Counted from the stretch's first letter, positions 44,099 to 54,012 are shown. The stretch is DNA of 64,000 bases from an uncultured Chloroflexia bacterium (GCA_963726245.1 CAVSBT010000030.1:37480-101479), one strand, 5' to 3'. Notes: generated by a model not told the origin, from the letters alone. Translations and numbers: made by a program.

Positions 44099-45709
44099 CT
44101 ATTCATGCCTTTCCGGAATCTCTTCCGCATTCGCCACGGCACCGTGCTCTGTCGTCAAGAAGTCGGGTGGAGTGTCCTGGGCTGCGACTGCCTCGAACCT
44201 CAACCGATACGGCCCGATCTCTATCTCGTCGCCGTCGTCGAGGCTGGCCCAGCTCACTCTCTGCCCGCAGAGGACCGTCGGGTGCATCGGGTCCAGCGAG
44301 CGAATGATGAAACGTTCGCCGGTGAACCAGATCTGCGCGTGAGCAGGTGCAACGTCATCCGCTTCCGTCTTCAGGCTGATGTCGCACTCGCGATCCGTCC
44401 CCAGTGTGACTGGTTCCTCGCCTAAAGCTAAGGCGTCCTGATCGCCGCCGGGACCGCGAACGACGAGCCGCCCCAGGCAAGGACGATCCCGTTCTGTCCC
44501 GTTCGCCTTTGCGGAAGACGGAGCTGTGTCGTGCAACAGACGGTCGTCAGGCAGCGGACCGGGCGGTTGCTTGAGCGGCCGGTTCCGTCGCAATCGCTCA
44601 CTGCCGCGCCATGCAGCCTTTATTGCCAGGGCCAAGCCTTTGCCGCCGGTCTTCGCCAGCCATAAGAGACCACGATAGCCCAGGCGCACCGCAACGACCG
44701 CGACCCGAGTTCCCCCCTCTGCAACGGCAACAATCGCTTTGAATGCCGGGGATGCCTCTCGCACCTGCCATCCGGGCCCTGCCGTTTGTTCCCTCGGCTG
44801 TCGCGCTTGGGGTTCGCCGGCCGGGCTCTCGAGGTGCACTTTCGTGGTCTTCTGGTCCCGCTTAGCTTCCGGCGCCGGTAGTACCTCTCGCACCTGCCAT
44901 CCGGGCCCTGCCGTTTGTTCCCTGGGCTGTCGCGCTTGGGGTTCGCCGGCCGGGCTCTCGAGGTGCACTTTCGTGGTCTTCTGGTCCCGCTTAGCTTCCG
45001 GCGCCGGTAGTACCTCTCGCACCTGCCATCCGGGCCCTGCCGTTTGTTCCCTGGGCTGTCGCACTTGGGGTTCGCCGGCCGGGCTCTCGAGGTGCACTTT
45101 CGTGGTCTTCTGGTCCGGCTTAGCTTCCGGCGCCGGTAATGCCTCGAGAGCAAGCGATGCCCGGCTGCGGGACTCGTCGTAAGCCGCGCGTCGCGAGCGA
45201 TCGAGGAGGACGGATCGTGCCTGCACCAACTCCTCGAGATAGTTCCCCTGGGGCTTGCCGATCGCTTCTTTCGAGTTGAGTGTCCGCAGTATCGAGTAGG
45301 CGCGGGCAATGAGCGGCGTCCCAGCCGCGGGGTCGACGCGCAGTAACTCGTAGTAGTCGACCGGCAAGCCCTGGCGCTTCTTGAACAGACTGAAAGGGAA
45401 AGAAGCCTTTTCCTGGAGCTGCGCTTTCCCGGCCCGTTCCCGCCGCAACTCCCGTACGCGGGGCACCGTCGCGCCTACGACGCGACGGTGCCCCGCGACG
45501 GCGAGGACCTGGTAGGCGGCGTTGAGGGCGGCCAGCTCACGCTCGGCGCTCCTCCTGACCGCCAGCTCGGCTCGCAGCCTGCTCGCGAGATACCAGTAGG
45601 CCTCCGCGACGAGTTCTTGAGGTGCGTCGGGGTCGACCTGGAGGAGGCGATAGTAGCCGCTGACTTCTCCGGAAGAGCCGTGTTCGTCAGCGCGTTCCTG
45701 AGCTTCCAT
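44099..45709 (-). CDS. J-like domain / tandem-repeat / FHA domain protein
   Basis: Two J-like helices lacking HPD (YYRLLQVDPDAPQELVAEAYWYL and DYYELLRVDPAAGTPLIARAYSIL). Three 43-aa repeats. C-terminal FHA pattern (LGTDRECDISL...VAPAHAQIWFTGERFIIRSL...NGTVLCGQRV-like). Confidence 0.75.
   Translation of the reverse strand: MEAQERADEHGSSGEVSGYYRLLQVDPDAPQELVAEAYWYLASRLRAELAVRRSAERELAALNAAYQVLAVAGHRRVVGATVPRVRELRRERAGKAQLQEKASFPFSLFKKRQGLPVDYYELLRVDPAAGTPLIARAYSILRTLNSKEAIGKPQGNYLEELVQARSVLLDRSRRAAYDESRSRASLALEALPAPEAKPDQKTTKVHLESPAGEPQVRQPREQTAGPGWQVREVLPAPEAKRDQKTTKVHLESPAGEPQARQPREQTAGPGWQVREVLPAPEAKRDQKTTKVHLESPAGEPQARQPREQTAGPGWQVREASPAFKAIVAVAEGGTRVAVVAVRLGYRGLLWLAKTGGKGLALAIKAAWRGSERLRRNRPLKQPPGPLPDDRLLHDTAPSSAKANGTERDRPCLGRLVVRGPGGDQDALALGEEPVTLGTDRECDISLKTEADDVAPAHAQIWFTGERFIIRSLDPMHPTVLCGQRVSWASLDDGDEIEIGPYRLRFEAVAAQDTPPDFLTTEHGAVANAEEIPERHE
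44754..45139. repeat. three near-identical 129-nt tandem repeats inside the FHA gene
   Basis: The marker gcacctgcca recurs at 44761, 44890 and 45019, giving a 129-nt period. Each copy encodes LPAPEAKxDQKTTKVHLESPAGEPQxRQPREQTAGPGWQVRE. Confidence 0.9.
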
Positions 45710-45722
45710 GGCACGGCCCCCG

Positions 45723-46634
45723 CTACCGGTTGAAGGCCTTTACCACCTCAATGGCGACCGGCCCGAGGATCACGATGAAAAAGGACGGGAGAATGAAGAA
45801 GATGAGTGGGAACACCATCTTGCCCGGAGTGCGCCGTGCCTGCTCTTCCGCATGCTGCCGCCGGCGGCGGCGCATGTCATTCGCCTGGGCCCGCAGGGCG
45901 GCGCCGAGACTCGTACCGAGCTCTTCGGCCTGAACGATGGTGTTGGCGAAGGACTGAAGGTCGGCCACACCCGTACGCTCCCCCATATCCACCAAGGCCT
46001 CACGGCGGGTCTTGCCCATCGTGACTTCTCTTAACATCTCGGCGAACTCGTCGGAAACGGGGCCGCCGAGCTTGTCCGACACCTTCTGGAAGGTGGAGTC
46101 GAGCCCCAGACCGGATTCGACGCAGGTCGTCATCAGGTCAAAGGCATCGGGCAGGCTGCGCCAGATGACCAGCCGACGCCGGCGGGCGCTACGTCGCAGC
46201 CAGAGGAAGGGCATCATCACGCCGAGGAGCGCGAATAGAGGCACGCCGACAACGGCCTTGCCTGAGACCAAGCCGCCGCCAGCTGCCCAGGCCAGAAGCA
46301 GAAAGGTGCAGGGCAGCAGCATCACCAAGGCCACGACCACCGCGAAGAAGGTGACTAGAGCCATCGGCTCCCCGGCCGCAATGAGGTTACGACGCGTCCG
46401 CGCGATGAACGCCGGCGGCAATGCGCCGATTATCGCGCTCGCGATCCCGTCGACGACTGGCAGCACCACCCGGTGCTCGAATGGGATCTCCCGGAGCGCC
46501 AGCGACTGCGCCTGCTGGTTCGCTAGAGTGCGCAGGCGTGCGTCGAGCTGCGCGTTCGCCTGCTGGAACCGCCAGACCGCGACCGACCCAACGGCGAGAA
46601 AGACGAAGACTGAACTGAGGACCGGCAAGACCAT
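45723..46634 (-). CDS. type II secretion system F family protein (TadC-like)
   Basis: 303 codons. N-terminal TM helix, central TM pair, T2SSF domain FDLMTTCVESGLGLDSTFQKV...EEQARRTPGKMVFPLIFFILPSFFIV. Confidence 0.8.
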   Translation of the reverse strand: MVLPVLSSVFVFLAVGSVAVWRFQQANAQLDARLRTLANQQAQSLALREIPFEHRVVLPVVDGIASAIIGALPPAFIARTRRNLIAAGEPMALVTFFAVVVALVMLLPCTFLLLAWAAGGGLVSGKAVVGVPLFALLGVMMPFLWLRRSARRRRLVIWRSLPDAFDLMTTCVESGLGLDSTFQKVSDKLGGPVSDEFAEMLREVTMGKTRREALVDMGERTGVADLQSFANTIVQAEELGTSLGAALRAQANDMRRRRRQHAEEQARRTPGKMVFPLIFFILPSFFIVILGPVAIEVVKAFNR

Positions 46635-46642
46635 CTCTCTAC

Positions 46643-46930
46643 CTATATCTCTATGGCAACGATGCGCCGTATCGTGAGGAAGCCGATCACCTGAAAGACG
46701 GCGGCGATCACCAACAGCACTATTCCAGCGGGCTCAGTCCACAGGTTGGACATGATATCCGGCGCGATCAAAAGGAAGAAGGCGCCCAACGCCACTGGCC
46801 ATAACGATAGTACCAAGGCGGTGAAACGATGCTGCGCTGTCAGCACCATTATCTCGCCGCGAATACGGTCGCGGTCGCGGATAGTCTCCGCCACTTTATC
46901 CAGGGTCTCGGAGAGGTTGCCACCGGTGCT
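46643..46930 (-). pseudogene. 3' fragment of a TadB-like T2SSF gene (N-terminal two thirds missing)
   Basis: STGGNLSETLDKVAETIRDRDRIRGEIMVLTAQHRFTALVLSLWP... is only the last ~95 codons of a T2SSF protein. Homology stops at about 46930, where a GH114 fragment begins. Confidence 0.7.
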
Positions 46931-48212
46931 GCGCTGTAGCCGTCGATGTTGTCGAACTCGACGCCGTCAAACCCCTTAGTGCGGCAGAGCTCGAGCCGCG
47001 CCCCGATGATCGGGCCAAGCACGTCCAGTTGCCTAATGTCGAGCCACCGCTCGCCCGGCCAGCCCTTGCTGTTTCCCAGGACCGACTGAGGGAAGTCGCC
47101 AGCATCAGGCCGCCAGTCCTCCCATGACCCCGCGCTGACGTGGCAGATCACCTTGCGCCCCTGGGCATGTAGGGTGGCGACGACGCTTGCGCTGTTGCCG
47201 AAGAGGTCGATGTCCCACATCTGGGCGTCGACAGAGGGATCCAGTTGACCGGTAAGCTGCCACTGCCAGGTAGTGGCCCGCGCGGGCCTCCAAACCGCCC
47301 CGGCGGTTGGCGTATTCGTAGGTGTCGGGGTGGCGGTGGCCGTTCGCGTTGCCGTGGGGGTGGGAGTCGCCGTGACGGTTGGACTGCGAGTAGCGGTTAC
47401 GGCGTTGGCAGGCGTGGGCGCAGCAGTCTCGGTGTAGCTAGGCGTCGGTGTGTTGGTCGGCATCTTCGTGGGCGTGGGCGCCGCCTTGAACGTGACGATC
47501 TGCCCCCGCCAGGTACCGGATACGGTAGTGGTGGCCGTGGTGGAGTAGGTGCCGGTTGCCGTCGCTATGCGGTCCGCGCCGGCGAAAGTACGTATGGAGG
47601 AGGTCCCAAACTGGAAATCGAACTGTTCATTGAAGGAGTTGGTCCAGCCGCTGAAACTGGTGGTGGCCCGGATGACCATCCCCACGATGAGGAGCTCGCT
47701 GGCCTGCGTGGTCGTCACGCTCCCTGAGGATGGGGAGCTACTGGTGCCCGTCGACGAGTTTGTCTGATCGAGCGGTGAGGAAGTGGTTATGCCGCTGTAC
47801 TCGTAGATCTGCAGTCCCAGCACGGACCTATTGTTCGACACGGTCACCGTGACCGTTCTGGACTCGGCGCTGCCGGCTATCTTTTAGAAGATGGCCTGCC
47901 CCGGCGTCCCGGTCTGGTTGATGGCGGTTGACCAGCCGGTGGGCGTGTTGATGGTGCTGGTAGTTACTTGCGCCGAGATGCGACCAGCAGGTCGCCGGCG
48001 ACCGGCGTGGCGTCGAAAGTGGCCGAGACGCTGGTAGTGAGGTTTCCTCCGCCGTATTCATTCTGGACGAGTGCGGGGTCCGGGGCCGCCGACACGGGGC
48101 GGTACCGCCCGGTCTGGATGTCGAGCACGGTGAGAGCCGTAGCCGCCATCGTCAAGAGGACGACAACAAGAGCGACTTGGAGAGTTCTAATCAGAGTCAA
48201 ATTGCCGGGCAC
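46931..48212 (-). pseudogene. truncated secreted GH114 (endo-alpha-1,4-polygalactosaminidase-like) gene with an unknown N-terminal module and PT linker; frame break ~47960, in-frame TAA 47884-47886, 3' half missing
   Basis: - Signal anchor LQVALVVVLLTMAATALTV.
- About 230 codons of unrecognised sequence.
- TPTPT linker.
- WQWQL...MWDIDLF...VICHVSAGSWEDWRPD...GFDGVEFDNIDGYS, then abrupt loss of similarity to the paralog at 61317..62532. Confidence 0.75.
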
Positions 48213-48270
48213 CCCTCCTCAGTGACAATCGCCTATTCGCACGCGGAGCACAAACTCCCCATAGCCCTCT

Positions 48271-49413
48271 TTATCCATCCCATTGACCCACAATCGAGGA
48301 AACACCAGCAGGGACGGCTGAAAGAGGGACTCCCTCATCAGGGCTGGGATCGCGACGCCAGGTCTCAGCGGGCCCTGGGGGTTCTCGCGTCGGAGGATTG
48401 TCTCGCGCGGTGGTACCGGCCGCCGACCGGATGATCTCCATTATTGCATTGGCGAGTCGGCCGGGATGGTGACGCAGTAGCGTGCCCGCGGAAGCAACCG
48501 GCCGCGCGACGACCTCGGGCACGAGGGCCCGGCACTCTTCCAAGTCGGTCTCGACTAGACGGGAGGCCTCTGATTCATATCGCAGCTTGAGGTTGTCCGG
48601 CACTGGAGAGCTGTTGACAAGCACGGTGTCTAGCGCACCAGAACCCAAGTACTGGGCGATGGTGCGCACAAAATCGGACGCCCTGAACCCGTCGGATTCT
48701 CCTCTCTTTGTGGCAAGGTTGCACACGAAGATCGTCTTCGCCGAGGAGCGGTCAATGGCTTCAGGCACACCCTCCACAACGAGATTCGCAATGACGCTAG
48801 TGTACAGGTCGCCCGGCCCGAGAATGACAACATCAGCCTCCGCTATGGCCTTTGCAGCCTCCGTGTTCACGTAGGCGCGTGGGTCCGTGTACACGTAGTC
48901 AATAGGCACTTCCGCCTTTTCCTCTCGCACATCCAGCCGGTCTTCACCTTTGAGGACGGTGCCGTCCACCAGGCGGGCGCACAGGTCGGCCTTTGTCAGA
49001 GTTACAGGAATCACGCGGCCCTTGATACCGAGGATCCGCCCCGCCTCTTGGATCGCCCTGTCGATGCCTCCTGTGATCTCCTCTAGCGCCGTGATAAACA
49101 GATTCCCAAAACTGTGGCCGTTTAGTCCTTCACCACGTGGGAACCGGTAGCTGAAGAGCTGGCGCAATAGGAGACTGGAGTGCTCTTCCGGCATAAGGGC
49201 CACCATGCACTGCCGCACGTCACCGGGGGGCAGATGACCAAACTCGTCGCGCAGCCTGCCGGAACTTCCTCCCCGATCAGTCATCGCCACGACAGCGGTC
49301 AGGTCAACGGCTTGTTCCTTCAGACCGGTTAAGATCGTGTGGGATCCCGTGCCGCCGCCCACAACCACGACTCTTGGTAGTCTCCCATCTTGAGTGCTGA
49401 CGTGGCCATTCAT
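48271..49413 (-). CDS. yvcK: YvcK/CofD-like (UPF0052, gluconeogenesis-factor family) protein
   Basis: RVVVVGGGTGSHTILTGLK...VVAMTDRGGSSGRLRDEFG.LPPGDVRQC...VILGPGDLYTSVI. Confidence 0.8.
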   Translation of the reverse strand: MNGHVSTQDGRLPRVVVVGGGTGSHTILTGLKEQAVDLTAVVAMTDRGGSSGRLRDEFGHLPPGDVRQCMVALMPEEHSSLLLRQLFSYRFPRGEGLNGHSFGNLFITALEEITGGIDRAIQEAGRILGIKGRVIPVTLTKADLCARLVDGTVLKGEDRLDVREEKAEVPIDYVYTDPRAYVNTEAAKAIAEADVVILGPGDLYTSVIANLVVEGVPEAIDRSSAKTIFVCNLATKRGESDGFRASDFVRTIAQYLGSGALDTVLVNSSPVPDNLKLRYESEASRLVETDLEECRALVPEVVARPVASAGTLLRHHPGRLANAIMEIIRSAAGTTARDNPPTREPPGPAETWRRDPSPDEGVPLSAVPAGVSSIVGQWDG

Positions 49414-49444
49414 GCCTGTCTCCTCCCTCAGCGAACGACGGATT

Positions 49445-50404
49445 CTAGCGGCGCAAGCCTACAGGGAGTATGCGCGACTCATCGTAATCGAAAAGCGTCT
49501 GAAGACCATCGCCCAGGCTATGGCGAGGCTGGAATCCGAGCACTACTCGGAGCTTCTCGATGTCAGCGCAGGACCGGTACGGATCACCGGGCCGCCGCTT
49601 GCCGAAGGAACAGCCAAAGGGAGAACCTGCGATGTCGCTCAAAGTCTGAGCGATCTGAAGGATCGAGGTCTCGACTCCAGTTCCCACATTGATGCATTGC
49701 CCGCGGGCCTCTTTCGCGGTTAAGGCCAGAAGATTCGCCTGAGCCACGTCTCGAACATACACGAAGTCCCGGGTCTGGCGGCCGTCTCCGAAGATCACGG
49801 GTTGCGCTCCGCGCCTGAAGGAATGCAGGAAGATGGAGATTACCCCGGAATAGGGGCTGCTGGGATCCTGTCGGGGCCCATAGACGTTAAAGTAGCGCAG
49901 AGAGACTGTCTCAAGCTGATAGAGGTCGTTGTAAGTCTGAGCGTACGCTTCGACGGCCAGCTTCTGTGCAGCGTAGGGTGAGGCGACGCGGGCAAGTATG
50001 GTCTCGCTGGTGGGCACCTCTGGCGCCGGGCCGTACACCGCTGCGGAACTCGCCAAGACAACGCGCTTGGCTCCCGTCTGGCGTGCCGCCTCCAAGACAT
50101 TCAGCGCGCCCGTCAGGTTCACTTCATGGGATTTGAGCGGAAGGCGAACTGAATCCAGAACCGATGCGACAGCGGCCAGGTGGAGGACTCCGTCGTAGCA
50201 CCCACTCTGCATCAGCGACATCAACAGGTCGCGATTGCGAATGTCCCCCTCCACGATGTGAATCCAGCGCTTCACCGAACGCAGGTTCTCAAGCCGTCCC
50301 GTAGCCAGATTGTCGAGCACAGAGACATCGTGCCCCTGTTCCAACAGGACCTCGACGCTGTGGGAACCTATGAAGCCTGCGCCACCGGTCACTAGCAACT
50401 TCAT
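49445..50404 (-). CDS. NAD-dependent UDP-hexose / UDP-HexNAc 4-epimerase
   Basis: ATG 50404 (MKLLVTGGAGFIGSH). SSAAVYG and YAAQK (YxxxK). 319 codons. Confidence 0.85.
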   Translation of the reverse strand: MKLLVTGGAGFIGSHSVEVLLEQGHDVSVLDNLATGRLENLRSVKRWIHIVEGDIRNRDLLMSLMQSGCYDGVLHLAAVASVLDSVRLPLKSHEVNLTGALNVLEAARQTGAKRVVLASSAAVYGPAPEVPTSETILARVASPYAAQKLAVEAYAQTYNDLYQLETVSLRYFNVYGPRQDPSSPYSGVISIFLHSFRRGAQPVIFGDGRQTRDFVYVRDVAQANLLALTAKEARGQCINVGTGVETSILQIAQTLSDIAGSPFGCSFGKRRPGDPYRSCADIEKLRVVLGFQPRHSLGDGLQTLFDYDESRILPVGLRR

Positions 50405-50500
50405 TGCTCTTCCCCACGAGGCCGAAAGGATACCCTTCCCTCGCACCGATATCGACTGGACCGATACTTCGCCACTGGCTGCCGTCTGCCCCCTATCCTC

Positions 50501-52297
50501 TCAGAATGACGCGTAACAGTAGTAAGCAGCGTCACGCAGAATGTGCCGCACGGCCAGCGAACTGGCTACGACGAGCGTGCCGCCTCCACAAACCAAACCT
50601 AGCACGGCGAACTCATAGCCGATGGCAACTGACAGGGCGCCGCCAGACACGAGGGCCACGGCCAGCGACGCCACGAGCCCCCTGACGGCCAACGATGGCT
50701 GGGACATGGCGACACAGAATCCACAGTTCAAGGCCCCGACAGCCAGCAAGCCATATCCCACCAGGCCCATCCTGAGAATGGACAAGTGGGTGGAATCGGT
50801 TGTCAGCTCCAGGTAGCGGTGGGACGTGAGCACGTCCAGGCCCACCAAGCCGAAATACACGCCGCCGCTAGCCGCCAGCAGGACCGCGATCAGCAGCATG
50901 TGGTGGCGCACCAGTTGGCGGCCGACCCGACGGCCCAGGGAACTGGCCTCGTACACCAACAGCGACCGCTGAAGAACCTTGATGCCTCGGAAATGCTGTC
51001 GGAGCGCGTGATCGGCCACTCCGCCAACCAAGATGTAGGGCACAATAGCGGCGGCCAGGAACATCCCCAACGCTGCCACCGCACCAGGCCGGTCGACGTT
51101 TGCCGGAAGGGAGCCAACCCACCCGGTGAGCAGGCTGGAGAAGGCCAGAACCATGAAGAGAAGCCCGTACAGGAAGTAGTGCCGGAGTGAGAAGCTCAAC
51201 CACCCTATCGCGGGAAGACGAAGTATCGAAGGGCGGCTTCCGGCCAACCGCACCTGCCGGCGGAATTCTAGCTCCGCCAACAGGATGGTGGTGGCGATGG
51301 CAGAGCCGAATCCCGTGACCGCCGATACCCGCAGGGCGACGTCCGCCGGGACCCCAAGCGCCGCAAGGAACCTCAAGCCCCCATAACCCACGACGGCTCC
51401 CACCCCGAGGCAGAGGAGGGTGTAGTGGCGCACTTCTAGGAGCGCCAATGCCGACAGCGCGAGCCAAAGCAGCGACAAGGAGAAGTAGATGCCCAGCGTG
51501 TCCAGCAACGAGAGCCAGGAGAGCCCAGCAAACCCTATGACTACGGGCGGAAGGACGAGAGCAACCCCCACCACCGCTAGCATGCAGAGGGCGCCCAGCC
51601 GGTAGCCGAGAGCGCGGGCCGCGGCATACTGGCCCTGGCTGACGAAGCTCCACCCTCTGCGCGAGAACGCCTGAACAAAGCCCGAGGTCGCCAACAGACT
51701 GAGCATGATGGCTATGCTAAGAGCAAAGACGCCCTTCGCCGAGGTCTCAGTCCCCTTGGCCAGGGCAGTTAGTACGAGGCCCCACATCAAGAGAGGAACG
51801 AAAGCTATCGGCCCCTGAATGTAGTCCTGAATCGCGTCTCGCAGGGCGCTCGTCAATCTGCGAGGTGTCCCGCCTCGACTGTCAGGCGCCGCCCCGTCAG
51901 CCCTTGTGGCGCAGTTCGCCAGGGCGGGCAGAGTTCTTTCCGCCAGCTCGAAGACATCGCGGCAGCCGTGATTCTGGGCGGCAGCACGGTCGTTTATGCC
52001 CTTAGACTCGAGGATGGCTGCGACCTCCAGGGCATAGACCGGCGTGAGAAGTCGCTCTTTGGCCAGCAGAGGGAGACTAGGCCGGACCGGCTGTCGTGGC
52101 GGCGGGTCCTTCGTCCCGGCCTCCGCCGCACCATTTCCATTGTTTCCCGGATTGCCAGCCCCCCCTCCGTTGCGTGGAGTCTTCACGAGCGCCACAGGCG
52201 GCGGTCGCCGGTCAAAGGCCAATCGATCCGAACCGACGAGGATCGCTTCCTCCCGGCCCTGTGTCTCAATCCGTTCCCGTTTGACAGCCCAGCTCAT
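50501..52297 (-). CDS. polytopic membrane protein, tentatively PelG-like polysaccharide export component; start uncertain (frame open upstream into the GT4 gene)
   Basis: Low-complexity N-terminal region, then about 12 hydrophobic helices (FVPLLMWGLVLTALA ... LGLVCGGGTLVVASSLAV). Directly follows the PelF-like gene. ATG 52297 is only one candidate start. Confidence 0.5.
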   Translation of the reverse strand: MSWAVKRERIETQGREEAILVGSDRLAFDRRPPPVALVKTPRNGGGAGNPGNNGNGAAEAGTKDPPPRQPVRPSLPLLAKERLLTPVYALEVAAILESKGINDRAAAQNHGCRDVFELAERTLPALANCATRADGAAPDSRGGTPRRLTSALRDAIQDYIQGPIAFVPLLMWGLVLTALAKGTETSAKGVFALSIAIMLSLLATSGFVQAFSRRGWSFVSQGQYAAARALGYRLGALCMLAVVGVALVLPPVVIGFAGLSWLSLLDTLGIYFSLSLLWLALSALALLEVRHYTLLCLGVGAVVGYGGLRFLAALGVPADVALRVSAVTGFGSAIATTILLAELEFRRQVRLAGSRPSILRLPAIGWLSFSLRHYFLYGLLFMVLAFSSLLTGWVGSLPANVDRPGAVAALGMFLAAAIVPYILVGGVADHALRQHFRGIKVLQRSLLVYEASSLGRRVGRQLVRHHMLLIAVLLAASGGVYFGLVGLDVLTSHRYLELTTDSTHLSILRMGLVGYGLLAVGALNCGFCVAMSQPSLAVRGLVASLAVALVSGGALSVAIGYEFAVLGLVCGGGTLVVASSLAVRHILRDAAYYCYASF

Positions 52298-54012
52298 CCA
52301 GAGGTGCCGCTCGCCGTTCCTCCCATCGCTTCCGTCGCCGTTTCTCCCATCGCTTCGCTCGCCGTTCCGTTGGGCTTCTGCCTCGGCCCCGACTGTCAGC
52401 GGGCTTGACCAGTGGCCGCCAGACTCGAGGACCCTCTCCACCTCCTCGGCATACCACTTCAATCTCAGTCGCACGTAGCACTGCAGGTAGCTCGAGGCAA
52501 AGCCCTTGGCCGAGAACTCGCAGGAGCGCGCGATGTCGGGCCCGCTTGCCGAGGAGGCGCCTTCGCTCTGGGTCGCGGAGCAGGTCGAGGCACGCGGTAG
52601 CCAGGGCTTGTGGGTTACCGGGCTCGACGACGGCGCCACAAGCGCCTATGGCCTCGGCCACTCCCCCCACATCGGTACCCACGACCGGCTTGCCGCACAT
52701 CATTGCCTCGATAACGGTGTAGGGAAACCCCTCGGACCGGCTGGAAAGCACGACGAGGTCACCTGCCCCGTAGGCCTCGGCGAGATTCTCCGCACGTCCG
52801 CGGAAGATGATGGCATCTTTCAGGCCCAAGTGATCCGACAGGGCAGAGACCTCTCTCCAGTACCCCTCGTTGCCCGCGGGCACAACACCATACATAAGCA
52901 AGCGCACAGACGGGTCGGACCGGCGGACCTCGGCCAGTGCCTGGAACAGAGTTGTAAGGTCTTTCAGGGGGTCAACACGGCCCACCCAGACCAGCGTGGG
53001 CGTCCGCGCTTCGGAAGGGAGCGGCTTGAACTTGTCCGGATCGACCCCGTTGTAAATCGTGCGCAGCTTCTGAGGTTCGGCACCCAGGGTCCGCTCCCAG
53101 CGCTGATTGAAGTCGCAGACCGGCGCAATCTCATCCGCGCATCGATAGCTAATCCTCGTTATTAGAATGTCCAAGCCGAGCCAGAAGCTCTTTAGGAAGG
53201 GCGATGGCGACACCTCCCGAAGGGCAAGGCATCGCTCTCTGATGTAGACCCCGTGCTCGGTCAGAAGCATAGGCACGCCATACACCAGCTTCGCCACAAC
53301 GCAGAGCACGGCGCTGATCCCTGTCACGGTGCCATGCACGACGTGAGCCGGCGGAATATCAATCGTCAAGACGGCAAGCAGACGGTACAGGAGGCGCACG
53401 GCTTCACTTACCTCGTCGAGGTTAGGCGCCTCGAGTCCGCGGCGGGACGTACCGACGGCGAGCGCTGCCTTGGCCGCCTGCCAAGTCACTGAATGCCTCA
53501 AGGTGGTGGAGTAGTCGTAACGGCGGAAATACCCGTGCAATGCCACCACCGCATCGAGGACGCAGGCCAAGTCGTCCGAGGGGCTCAAGAATCTCCTGAA
53601 GGAGAGTCTGAAATCGAGGCAAGAAGTGCCGGCGAATGACCGCCTCGCTCGTCTCGCGCTTTCGAGCAGCCAGCCGCCACACGCTGAGAGCACGATCCAG
53701 CTCCGACGGCTCATCGATGCCCCAGAGCGGTACAGTGATCACTCGTTCCACATTGGATGGGAGCCCGTATGCCTCCTTCACATAAGGGTTCGCGGTGACA
53801 GCCAGGAGCGTGAATCTGCTTTCAGGCAGACCTCTCAGTAGGAGGTCACACCAATTGGACACGCCGCCCGTCTCGTAGGGATACGTGCCCTCCGTGACCA
53901 ACAGGACGCTGAGGGGCTTCGAGGAGGTCGCTTCGGAGCCGCAGGCGCACGTCGCCTTAGGAGCCACCTTGTGGGAGCCTGTCAGCCGAGGCCCATCGTC
54001 GCGCGACGGCAT
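52298..54012 (-). CDS. pelF: PelF-like GT4 glycosyltransferase (DUF3492 + Glycos_transf_1); frame breaks ~53590 and 52541-52543; no stop codon found at the expected end
   Basis: ATG 54012 after GGAGGGG. LLVTEGTYPYETGGVSNW (DUF3492 signature), TEHGVYIRER, SRSEGFPYTVIEAMMCGKPVVGTDVGG. The tail EFSAKGFASSYLQCYVRL is in the frame of ORF 50501..52639. Confidence 0.75.
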
